Shown: in pieces, positions 1 to 10,757 of the stretch | Layout: each line of letters opens with the position of its first letter | Position numbering within the stretch: the first letter of the stretch is position 1 | Source: Marsupella aquatica | Taxonomy: Eukaryota; Plantae; Marchantiophyta | NCBI GenBank assembly: GCA_973895155.1 | Contig: OZ316899.1 | Span: forward strand, 10,815,135-10,879,134 | DNA length: 64,000 nt | Reading direction: 5' to 3' | Notes under the pieces: generated by a model | Told to the model about the DNA's origin: nothing | What the model saw: the letters and a program-made list of their open reading frames with translations, nothing else | Database searches by the model: none | Program-made: the position numbers and the translations under genes

Positions 1-700
1 TCGATCATACCATTTTTGGGCAGTTTTCTTCAACAAGCCTCCGAAAATTGTGGCTTTCTCAACGTCTTGGGTTTGCCCATTTGAGGTGGCTTTTGCTTCA
101 AATTCTTTTAGGAAGGTTTCAGCATCTTCCTTGGATGTTCCTTTAAAGGTATCATAGCGAATATTGTTTCGAGCCATTGGAGTTCTCCTTATAGGAACCG
201 GGATTAAATTGGTTGAAGGAGTGGTCCCCAAAGATTGTGAACTAGTGCTGGTGACTGATCCTTGAGACGTCAATGGTGAAGTTGAATTTAAGGAATTGGG
301 AGTGCTTATCGTGCTAAGGCTGCTGCTAGCACTTCCATAACCAAGCGAGGGAGGTATCTCTACTAATTTTGCAGATTCTCCAATGGGCGTTCTCTAAAGG
401 GAAGGTGAGTCAAAATTAAATTTTAAAGATTTAATTTGCTGAATTCCTCCCCCAATTATACTTTCATGCCTTGTATTGGTAATCTTTTCTGTTCCTATTA
501 TCTGCAACGCAGGTGTACCCTCATATGCATCCAAGCTTTGTGTTCTTCTTAGTGGTTTGACAAGGTCCACTCCTTTCTTTTTAGGCTTGGCAGGAACATA
601 CTGAACATCTCTCGATCGTAATTTATAGATTACAGGTCAACTTGTTGCTGGATTATTTATTGTTCCGTCTGCTTCATTTTGTTGGATGAGGGTAACCCTC
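1..700 (-). pseudogene. gag: Ty3/Gypsy gag 5' part (element A), running off the left window edge
   Basis: Minus strand 177->1 reads MARNNIRYDTFKGTSKEDAETFLKEFEAKATSNGQTQDVEKATIFGGLLKKTAQKWYDR, homologous to the gag starts at ~2663 (LKYTVFKGRGQDPDDWLGKF...AHKWY) and ~43050 (FHYRPFKGRHGDDPDEWLDEFEATAKANG...ARPWY). The upstream Ser/Thr-rich extension has a stop. Confidence 0.8.
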
Positions 701-1065
701 TCCGCTACATGTCCCGGTGTTGGGTAATCTAGGGATTGGAATTTTGGGCAACAGTTCCCTAGGATTGAGGGGATCTTGTGGGGCTTCTGTTCGTGCTTTT
801 TCTTCTCGTCTTAATCTCCAACTTTGCTTCCCTTTATCAGACATCCCATATTCTGAAAATCGGCACTCCTCAGGCCCAAGTTTATGGTGTCGGGTTGACC
901 CTTAGTTCACCCAAATAGTTCCCATTGCTTGGAGAAGTCGCGCCCCCTTGTCGTCATGCCTCTGTCCTGTACACTTGTGGACGTCCGTGATTGAACAGGC
1001 GTAAGGATTGGTCGCATGTTGAAGCGACACAACCTATACTTGTAACTCTTCAACTTGTAAACTCG

Positions 1066-1200
1066 TGAAATCGTCAACTCGTCAACCCGTAAAGTTGTGA
1101 AATCGTCAACTCGTCAACCTGTAAAGTCGTAACGGCGTAACCGTAAAGTCGTAGCCCCGTAAAACCGTAGAGTTGCAAACCCGTAACATTTTACCCGTAA
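1066..1200. repeat. Short degenerate tandem repeats (CGTAA/CGTCAAC units) in probable LTR/leader of Gypsy element A
   Basis: gtgaaatcgtcaactcgtcaacc(c/t)gtaaagt twice, then repeated ccgtaa/gtcgta. A possible LTR terminus TGTACAC lies at 968. Confidence 0.55.
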
Positions 1201-1283
1201 GGGCGTCTCCTCATATTACGGGGTGCCCCTTGGAAAGTGTCTCTCCCCTCATTGGTTTACAACCAACTTCGGCTTGTCCTTCC

Positions 1284-1577
1284 TTATCTAAGTCTCCTAT
1301 TTTGATTTTGCAATATTGCTCTAGCTAATTCTTGTATGGAGATAATGATATACTCCTCTCCAGTAATTCTACCATTCAACTTCAAAATAACCAAATGCAA
1401 AACTCCTCCTTCCCACCAGGTAATACTTAACCAATGAACACCCCTCCGTCCTCTTAGGGACAGTACCCATGTTTGAACATACCGATTATGCAAATTCCTT
1501 ACTCTCAAAGTGCCTAAGGATCTGATCAGAGGCATCTCAATTATTTTACCAAGTTGCTTATTCAAAGTTAGAATCAA
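1284..1577 (-). CDS. Small retroelement-associated ORF of unknown function
   Basis: Contains SLRGRRGVHWLSITW, matched by SLRGRNGLHWIAIT* at 32611-32718 (+). Confidence 0.45.
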   Translation of the reverse strand: MILTLNKQLGKIIEMPLIRSLGTLRVRNLHNRYVQTWVLSLRGRRGVHWLSITWWEGGVLHLVILKLNGRITGEEYIIISIQELARAILQNQNRRLR

Positions 1578-1617
1578 AGTTTTAATTTGGGGAAATCCCC
1601 TCTTCTGTTGTCCTCTT

Positions 1618-2487
1618 CTATGCTGAGGTCCGGTAGTTATTCAACAAATTTTCTAGAGTGTCCAGGGCATCCATCCAAGGGTGTTCAACAATGTGTAATT
1701 TTTCCAACACCTCCTTGATTCTCAGTTCTTCTTCTCCAGTAACCCAGTTACTAATTTGACCATTCTTGCTTATTAAAAATTCTAAGTCATGTTCTTCCTT
1801 AATGGGCTGCAACTTATATTCCTCATCATCAATCCAAACTCTCTTAAAGACTATTACATCAGTCAATTTAGACCATTGAGGGAGGGTGGAGGTCCATTTG
1901 AAGGATGCTCTTTCTGTACTTGAATCCCTCCATTTTAACAAAGCCCATCCACTTCTGGCTTGCCATTTACAAGTGTCAACCAGCTCCCTTCTATTGGAGG
2001 TCATAACCGGTCTTTCCTCCCGAAGTATTAAATTGGGATTATCTTGATAAAACTCTGTTAAAACATAATCAAGTTGGTTTCTCCACAATGGATTCCCTTT
2101 TAACTTATCCAACGCTTTCCTTAATTGATACTCAAGTTCCTCCTCCAATATTTCCTCCTTAATGTCATGTTCTTTTAGTAAGGGAAAAATAAAATTGGCA
2201 TCAAATTCCTCATCTTGAGTGGCTTCAATCAATTCCAGTCTTCCATCTATGGCTTGTCTGAAAACAAATACACAATCATACAGAATATTGGAAGCTACTT
2301 CTGGGGTGGCGAACTCAAGCGATAGAGGTAAGACTAGAATCACAAAGACTAAGCCAGTGCCATATGTTGATCTTACAAGACATAGAAGTGAGAGGTACAT
2401 TGAGGAAGATGTGGATAATTTAAATAGTCTTAGTGATTTTGAAGAGAGGGAACAATCCGTGGTACCAGAATCACCTACTATTGCCAA
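1618..2487 (-). CDS. Uncharacterised retroelement-associated ORF (289 aa; the 1618-~2290 part is most protein-like)
   Basis: Long open frame with globular, Trp/Glu-rich composition. Its 5' end overlaps the + strand gag antisense. Confidence 0.45.
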   Translation of the reverse strand: MAIVGDSGTTDCSLSSKSLRLFKLSTSSSMYLSLLCLVRSTYGTGLVFVILVLPLSLEFATPEVASNILYDCVFVFRQAIDGRLELIEATQDEEFDANFIFPLLKEHDIKEEILEEELEYQLRKALDKLKGNPLWRNQLDYVLTEFYQDNPNLILREERPVMTSNRRELVDTCKWQARSGWALLKWRDSSTERASFKWTSTLPQWSKLTDVIVFKRVWIDDEEYKLQPIKEEHDLEFLISKNGQISNWVTGEEELRIKEVLEKLHIVEHPWMDALDTLENLLNNYRTSA

Positions 2488-4505
2488 AAAGGTTCAACAT
2501 TTAGAAGAGTTGGTGACTCAAGGTGCGCTTGAGGGAGAAAGGGCTAATCAATTGATAGGAAACTTAATCTCTAAAGGATCTCTACTTGCGCCAATTAAGG
2601 TAGGAAAGAAATCGTTTGTTTCATTATCTTCTGGGTCCTCTAGTGTCCGTCCTCCTTCCATCATGACATCCTCTACAAGGCTGAAATATACGGTTTTCAA
2701 AGGAAGAGGCCAAGATCCAGATGATTGGCTGGGCAAATTTTTGTCAACAGCCAAAACCAACAAGGAAAATGCGGATCCAGATCTCTTTCGGATTTTTGAA
2801 GGACTCATGAAAAACAAAGCACATAAATGGTATACTCTATCCCTTACCCCAGCTATTCAGGGTAGCTGGCCTGATTTACAAAATGCTTTTAGGAAAGAAT
2901 TTAGAGAAGCAGGAGCCACTTCTAGCTAGAGTGTTAGCTAGACTTAGGAGAATTCGCATGAGAAAGAAAGACACATTGAGAACTTATTCTCAGAATGTTA
3001 GGAAATTAATTCTTAAGATTAGACCTCTGCCTAGTGATGAGATGCAACCGAGTATTTCACAGGAGGATTGCCTAGAGAGATGAATAGATATGTTAGAAGA
3101 TCACACCCTGCCAATTTAGGAGAAGCAATTGAAGCGGCACAAGAGTTTGAAGATACTGAGATGTCTCAGAGAAAAGAATTGAAAAAAGAGGAGAAGAAAG
3201 AAAAGGAGAGAGAAAAGAAAACGGAGGAAGAAAAGGTCAGGAGGTAAAAAGAAAGAAATAAGTTCTTCTAGTACCTCCTCCTCATTGTCAGAGTCTAGTT
3301 GTTCCTCTTCTTCCTCTTCCTCCTCTTCCTCCTCTTCATCATCCTCATCTGATGATGAGTCCACCCGCCATCGTAGAGACAAGGGAAAAGTATATCAGCC
3401 GACTAATAATGCGCTCAAGTCTCTCACAGGACTGAAGAAAATGATTGATGAGTTGAGTGGCAAATTTGATAAACTTTCAGTGAATTTGGCAGACAATCGC
3501 CCAAAGAGGAGGCCTGTTCCGATAAACCGACCAAATGTTTGGTGCGCTAGATGTGGAGAAAGAGGCCACTATCCAGTGGAGTGTCCCCACATGGGGAGGC
3601 AAGCTCAATACATTGTGGAAGAATGGGACGAGCCAGCCTACTATGCAGAAGAACAAGACGAGATTGACTGGTACATGGTCAATAATCCCCCACCTATGAG
3701 AACACCAATGGGACCACCAAGGCCACCAATGGGTTGTGGTATGGGGGGAAGTATGATGCCTAGGCCCATGACAATGAGACCTCCTGTCAAACCTCCAATG
3801 GAGCCACCCGGAGGCTACCCTCCTCGTACACAACGAATCCCTGGGACCTGCTACAATTGTGGAGTAGCGGGACATTATGCACCTGAGTGCCCTTACCCAA
3901 AGGCACCTTATGCATATACCCCTATATGTGGGAACTGTGGAGACAAGGGCCATCTTCCAATCGAATGCCCCAAACCGGTGCAGCCAAAGTTGATGGTGAA
4001 GTATGTGAAGGATCCAGAGAAGAAAGAAACGGCTGAAATCCGGATGATATTTTTGGAAGACATACATCTCACTACTGAGGAGGAGGTGAACCTCAAGGAA
4101 TTGATTCCAGTATACCGGACTACAACCCAAAGTGCAAAAAGGAAAGAATTGCTCAAAAGTTCTCGAAGCGATTCACCGGTCGAGCCGATCGCTTTGCCTA
4201 AAAGAGATTCTTCCAATTCACCGATCGCCTTGCCCCCGAACAAGCGAAGAAGCCTAAAGCAAATGAACAACTTCCTGGAGGTAAGCAGAAGGAGGGACTC
4301 CCTAAGGAACTGGATCCAGCATACGACAGGTATGATCCTAAATACTTTATTCGAGACATCTCTTCTGAAGCTCAAGATTATATTGAAAAAGAAGTTAAGA
4401 GACAAGCATCTCAGGGTCAGACAATCTTGCCATCTAAACAAGTTACTTTTCAAGATGGTTCAAAATTTGAGGGTGTTAGAGGGTGTTAGAGTAGATGAGA
4501 ATTAG
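2219..4505 (+). pseudogene. gag: Gypsy B gag (capsid + three CCHC zinc knuckles), frameshifted
   Basis: FKGRGQDPDDWL..AHKWY capsid start; CARCGERGHYPVEC, CYNCGVAGHYAPEC, CGNCGDKGHLPIEC; broken into several ORFs. Confidence 0.9.
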
Positions 4506-4525
4506 GATATAATATAGTAAAAGAT

Positions 4526-7500
4526 GTGGCTAACACTCCTGCTAATGTTACCTTTGGAGAGTTGTTGAGGGATAATGCATTGTATAGGAAGCAGCTTAAA
4601 CCTCTTTTAAGTAGTAGGCGTAGGAAATATAAAATGCCCCTGGTGTCTGTGAATTTTACTGAGATAGAGGATTTTGGAGCCCCGGATGTAGAATTACAAA
4701 TCGATGGATGCCTTATTAGGAGTGTACCTATTGATGGTGGGTCCGGAGTCAATATAATGATAGCACAAATGGCAAGATCATTAGGATTTAGTAAGTTTGA
4801 GGCAACTCCTCGTGTTCTTAGAATGGCAGACCAATCTAGGGTCTTTCCTTTAGGAAAATTAGGAAACATAGAGGTTATCAGAGGAGGGTTACCTTTTGTC
4901 TTAAATTTTTTTGATAATTGACCCCCCTACACCATCTACTTTCCCTATCCTTTTAGGTAGACCATGGCTCTATAAGGCCAAGGTCAAGGTGAATTGGGCT
5001 AACAAAACCTGTTCTTTTGGGCAACCCAAAGTTATCTTGTCTTGGGATAAAGTGCAGCATCTCGGTGAGACCATGTTGTCCGATCCGGGATACACTTTAG
5101 ATGATAGTACCTCAACAGTGGAATCAAGATGGGTAGACGAGATGATGAAGCTCAAAGAGGAAGATTTTAAGTTTGAAGAGGATGTTCGATACTTGGAGGT
5201 CTACACCTACTCCACCAGTGAAGATGAAGAGGTCACTGGGCAAGTCCACAAGACGAATTCTCCAGAAAGGTCTGAAATTCCCTCTTCCAATCCTACACCG
5301 ATTCTTGCACCTAAACCGATTTTTACACCTAAAGCAATTCTTTCACCTCTTCTGGAACCGAAACCGATTGAGGAGATGGAAGAATTGGATTGGGAAGAAT
5401 AGCAATTACAGAAACCTAAGGAAGGGGAGGTAGCCCTAGGGAAGAGTACTGCCTACTTTGAGGAATCAGCTAGTATGACTGAGGGTATGGTTAAGAAAAC
5501 CCAATATGTTAAAATTGAATTAGAAACCGATAAAACCTTCAATGTAGGAAGAGCATTAGATGACATATCTAAGCAAAAATATAAGAAGCTACTAGAAGAA
5601 TATAGAGATGTTTTTGCATGGAGCCACCATGACCTTAAAGGCATTTCCACTACCTTAGGTGAACATAGGATAGACGTGGTAGAAGGGGCAATTCCTATTA
5701 GGCAACGTCAGTTTAGATTGAATCCTAAGTACTCTCTTATGGTTAAAACCGAATTAGATAAGTTGCTAGAGGCTGGTTTCATTTATCCTGTCTTAAGTAG
5801 TGAGTGGGTCTCACCAATAGTGATAGTTCCTAAGAAGCCTGGCCTAGATGGAAAGGTCAAGATTAGGGTATGTCAAGATTATAGGAAATTAAATGCCGCT
5901 ACTAGAAAAGATTTTCATCCTTTACCTTTTACTGATACTATTCTAGATCAGGTTGCTGGTCATGAGATGTATAGTTTTCTAGATGGATTTTCAGGATATA
6001 ACCAGGTTTTCATTAGGAAATCGGATCAGTCTAAAACCACATTCACAACCGATTGGGGTACTTATGCTTTTTCCAGAATGCCTTTCGGGTTGTGTAATGC
6101 ACCTGCTACTTTCCAAAGGCTGATGACTGTTATTTTCCAGGAATACTTGCGGGATTTTTTAGAGATTTTTATAGATGATTTTTGTGTCTATGGGCAGAAG
6201 AAAGATCATTTAGAGTATTTGAAGAAAACATTTGCCAAGTGTCGGGAGGCAGGGCTATGTTTACACCCTGAGAAATGCTATTTTGGCATGAAGGAGGGAA
6301 TTTTGCTTGGGCATAAGATATCCCAGAGTGGCATTGCTGTGGATCATGATAAAGTCGCGGTAATCCTTGCCTTAGAAGTTCCCACTAACCTGCGTGAGCT
6401 CAGGGGTTTCCTAGGGTATGTGGGTTATTACCGTCGGTTTATAGAGGGCTACTCCGTCCTTGCTACACCTCTTACTCAACTCCTCAAGAAGGATGCACCT
6501 TATGAGTGGAGTGATGCTAGGGAAAATGCCTTCATTACCCTCAAATATAAGTTAACAGTCGCTCCTGTCCTTATCCCGCCTGATTGGGACAAAAAAATTC
6601 ATGTTTTTGTAGATACCTCCAAGTCTTGTATAGGGTTAGAACTAAGTCAAAAGGATGAGTTTGCTTGCAAAAAGTTCAGACACTACCTCCTTGGCTATGA
6701 CACTGTGTTTCATATGGACCATCATTCGTTGAAATATCTGTTCAACAAGGTGGACCTGTCGGGCCAAATTGCAAGGTGGGTTCTACTTTTGCAAGAATTC
6801 CAATTCAAAGTGGAAGTACGAGCAGGCAAGAGTCACGTCAATGTAGACTACTTATCTCGGTTGGAGGGAGAAGATGGCAAGGAAGCAGTACCAGATCATT
6901 TTCCCGATGAGGAGTTGTTTCACATCGAGGGAGAACAATCGCTTTATGCTGATATTGTCACTTTCCTTTTGACGGGACGACCACCGGAGCCAATGAGTGC
7001 AGAGCAACAAGCGGTATTTGTGCATAAGGCAGGGCCTTATACTCTAATTCAAGGTGTGTTACACAAAGCCATACCTGACCTTAAACTCAAGAGATGTTTG
7101 GAGCGACATGAAATCCCTTGGGTGATAAGTGCTTTACATGAAGGGAATTCTGGAGGGCATTTTGCTGTTGCGACTACAATTACTAAAGTTAGAGATGCGG
7201 GCTACTGGTGGCCTTCTATGCATAGGGATGTTTTTGAGTTTATCAAGGGATGTGATCTGTGCCAAAGGATGGGAAAACCTCTGCTGAGTGGGAGATGGCC
7301 CTTAAAACCTATCATGCCTTTGACTCCATTTGAGAAGTGGGGGATAGATTTTGTGGGTCCTATCCAACCAGTGACACAAAGGAGGAGAAATTGCTACATC
7401 ATTGTTGCAAAAGATTACGCCACTAAATGGGTGGAAGCCAAGGCAGTGAGAAGAGATGATGGCGCCGTCACAACACCTTTTTTTTATAATATTATCACTT

Positions 7501-8201
7501 GATATGGTTGCCCTTTAGAGTTGGTCAGTGATAGAGGCACACACTTCCTCAACAGCACCATAGAACTTCTCACAAACACCTACCTGATTAAGCACAGAAA
7601 AACAACACCCTATAATCCTAAAGCAAACGGTTTGACGGAGAGAGCAAATGGCATTATTTGTAAGATTCTCACAAAAATCGTTTCAGCACACAAGAGTGAT
7701 TGGGATATGAAGCTTCCGTCTGCACTTTGGGCTTATAGGACAGCACAAAAGATCACAACCAAACGCACTCCCTTTTATATGGTTTATGGCATGGACTCCA
7801 TTGTTCCTATAGAATTTAGTATACCTACTGCACGGGTATTAGATGACAGAAGATTACCTCCTGAGGAAAGTCAGCTCATTAGATTGGTAGAGTTGGAGCG
7901 CTTAGAGGAAAATTGCCTCTATGCACTCACACACACTCATACTCAGCAACAGAATCGGAAAGTGAATTATGATAAGAAGCTGAAGGCGACCACTATTGAA
8001 GCTGGAGATTTAGTTTTACTTTATGACAACCGTTATTTAAAATTTCCAGGGAAGCTCCACACTAGGTGGGGTGGACCCTATTTAGTCAAGAATGTTTGGC
8101 CTAATGGTAGTCTCCAACTTGCCACTACTAAGGGAGAACTATTACCCACTAGAGTAAATGGTCATCGAGTCAAAAAATACACCTCCCAGAGTTTAGATTA
8201 A
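4526..8201 (+). pseudogene. pol: Gypsy B pol: protease, RT, RNase H (internally deleted), integrase
   Basis: PIDGGSGVNIM (PR); WVSPIVIVPKK, DYRKLN, RMPFGLCNAPATFQR, FIDDF (RT); H..GGHF..C..CQR, WGIDFVGP, VSDRGTHF, NGLTERAN, WGGPY (IN). In-frame stops at ~5400 and ~7500 and a frameshift at ~4915. Confidence 0.95.
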
Positions 8202-8224
8202 TGTCGCGTAGCCACTCCAATTTT

Positions 8225-8237
8225 GAAGAAGGGGTGG
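8225..8237 (+). other. Polypurine tract of Gypsy B; 3' LTR would start TG at 8238
   Basis: gaagaaggggtgg|TGTATG 24 nt after the integrase stop. Element C also has its PPT right at the end of pol. Confidence 0.6.
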
Positions 8238-8676
8238 TGTATGAAGTTATGTTTTATGAAGTTATATTTACTTGGTGAAGGCAATATAGAACTGCTAGAT
8301 AGCTTAGTTAAAATTTAAAATAAAAAAACAATTTACCAATTTAGGAATGATTAGGTCTAGGAACATAGAAAGCTCAACCTAAAGAGGAAAAAGAAATTTT
8401 CCAAAAGAGGGAAAATGATTTAACAAGCTAAGGGCCAAAATTCAAAATTTGAGATGCGGAGTGCCAAGAAAACAAGAAAGGACAAAAGAAGAGTCAAACC
8501 AGACCCGAGGGAAAGTTTACCGTTGCTAAGGGAACGTCGAGCCACTTCTTCCAGAGGAAGCGAAATAGAGTACCTAAAGCGATACTTTTACATGCGGGAG
8601 TTGAAGCTGCTCAAGCGTTGGAAGGGAGACTGTTAGTATTCATTGCAGAGCTTTCTTTGCAAAAGAATGGAACGCG

Positions 8677-10003
8677 ATGGGGAAGGCAAAAACGATTGCA
8701 ATGCCACCAGAATTGGGAATTATGACGAATCTCGAGAACTACCGGAAGGTTGGGCTGGAACCTTTGACGAATTTTTTGTGGGTGATTAGTGATTCTTGAT
8801 TGGTGGATGAAGTTCGAGTGAGGAACAAGAATCCAAAGAAGGGGACACTATGATCGGACTACGCAGCATTTACGGTGACACAAGTTGCAGAATGCTATGG
8901 AGTTTTGGAATTAGGACTCACACCAGAAGATTTCACTTCTTCTCGACTCTTTCATGACATCTGCAAGGATCAATTTTCAGCTGAGTTCACTAAAGAAGGG
9001 TATACACCGAATGCTGCCAAGGACTCAGCCCTGAGAGCTATTTTTTGGTTCATCATTCCGATTCTTACTCCCGATAAACCTCGGCAAATTACAGGCAAAG
9101 TGACGGCCATGATCATCATAGCATACGATAAAGGTAAGCCCATCAATTGGGCCAGTCTACTATTGGATTCGCTTCAACTACGGTGCAAAAAGGTGAAAGA
9201 TGGGATTGACTTGTATGTAGCCCCAATGTTATTCCACCTATACAGGTTTGAGGGGAAGCTGTCTAGTACTGAGTTGCAGGAATATGAGGAGTTGGTGGCA
9301 AATCGCTCGCTTATTGAAGACCGACCTTCAAGCAATGAAGCAACTGATTTGGATGAGGAGACATCAGAATCGGTCGCTGAGAAGGAAGGGATTTCAAAAC
9401 GAGTGCTGCGCCGTCGGCTAGATGTAGTCAAGACATCAATTTTGCCAATGAGAACCAAGTTCACAGGGAATGAAGCGAAGATCGTCGATCTGGATAGTGA
9501 TAACACTGTTTGCCCTACGGAAGCGAAGTTACGAGGAGCGCTAGACAAATTCTGCAAGGTAAATGCGGTCAATAGGAACCTCATTGATGAGCTTATGCAC
9601 ACCTTTTCTTGTTCAAAAGAAGACCTTATCAGTGAAGTTCATTTTGCGAGGTCCAAGAGAGCAGAGGCAAAATGTGCCAAGAAAGAAGCGGAAGTTGCAA
9701 AGAAAGAGCTTGAGAAAAAGCTCAGAGAAGCGGTTCAGAGCTCAGTCCTGCCTACTATTCAGCGATCGCTCGAGACCTTAGCAAAAGCGGCGGACCAAAT
9801 TTTGCTTTCTATAGAAGATCGTCTTCAGTTAGCCGCCTTGACTTCGGAAGGCTGGCAGAGTGCGGAGAAGAGTCTTTCTAAAGTTGCGATTACTATCACC
9901 AATCAAGAAGGTTTTGGTGCACAAGAAGTATGATGAGATTATGAAGTCAATCAATGATTTGAGAGGTTTTGCAGAGCAGCATGCAAAGTCTCTTTCTCCC
10001 CAA
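8677..10003 (+). pseudogene. Gypsy B accessory ORF, 5' half (Athila/Tat extra-ORF-like plant transposon protein + coiled coil)
   Basis: ATG 8677 is in frame with the 8875 ORF through two TGA stops. Motifs KVGLEPL, INWASLL, APMLFHLY. After a frameshift near 9900 it ends ...KSLSPQ at the CACTA TSD. Confidence 0.75.
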
Positions 10004-10029
10004 CACTACTACATATTGGCCCCTTTTGC

Positions 10030-10480
10030 AAAGCTTTTTTTTACGCTGGGATGGTCTTGCGATGTCATCGACTTCAGATATTTTGTGATCAAACACGCAT
10101 CACAATAAACCATGCTCAAAGGTTCGCAACATAGTGTTGCAAAGCTAAATACCTCACAATTTGTTTGAGATCGGATTGAATTTGCAACTCTTTCAGATAC
10201 TATTTGTCTCACAAAGTATTTGTGGATCCGTGACCATCGCGACTGCATTTGGATCTCTTTTGTTTCATAATTTAGCGATAATAATGTACTCAAATATATC
10301 TTGTGAACCTATTAGCTTCGCACAATATTGTGAAGTATAAATAGTCGCAAGTTACCAAAGCCAGTTGATTTGCAAAGTTGAGAACCCATTGGCATCACAA
10401 TTACCGATGGTGTGTTATTCACAAAGTGTTCAGAAGTTGCTTCTTGACAAGCTTGAAAATGTTTTGCAAAGAGAGTTGTT
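10030..10480. repeat. CACTA left subterminal repeats (TTGCGA/TCGCAA/TTGCAAA-type); also at ~27580-27770, 29120-29295 and 30200-30700
   Basis: Many copies of ttgcga/tcgcaa/ttgcaaa in both orientations near both ends, upstream of ORF2 and in its first intron. Confidence 0.65.
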
Positions 10481-10757
10481 TGAAAAGTTTGTAGAATGGA
10501 AATGTTTGAGAGAGCTTCTTTACAAGATGGAGAATGCATGTGTTTAGGTTACAGCTAGGGTTTTCAAAAAGGTGGCATGCATGAGGATAGCTTTGGAAAT
10601 GGCTAGGGTTGCATATATAATAGTGAGATGAAATTTCAAAGTCCAATTAAGTGTTTGTAAAACAAAAGAAGAAAATTAATATGTTAATATAAATAAAACC
10701 ATGATAGTTAGTTTAGGGTCAAATTCTGGGCCCACAACAAGTTTTACTACTAGTGCA

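Noticed and set aside
3116-3382. Poly-Glu ORF on the minus strand
   Set aside because: Antisense shadow of the poly-Ser tract in gag.
10751-10755. TAGTG as a CACTA terminus
   Set aside because: Wrong orientation for a left end and no TSD; the true ends are 10004 and 30741 with TSD CAA.
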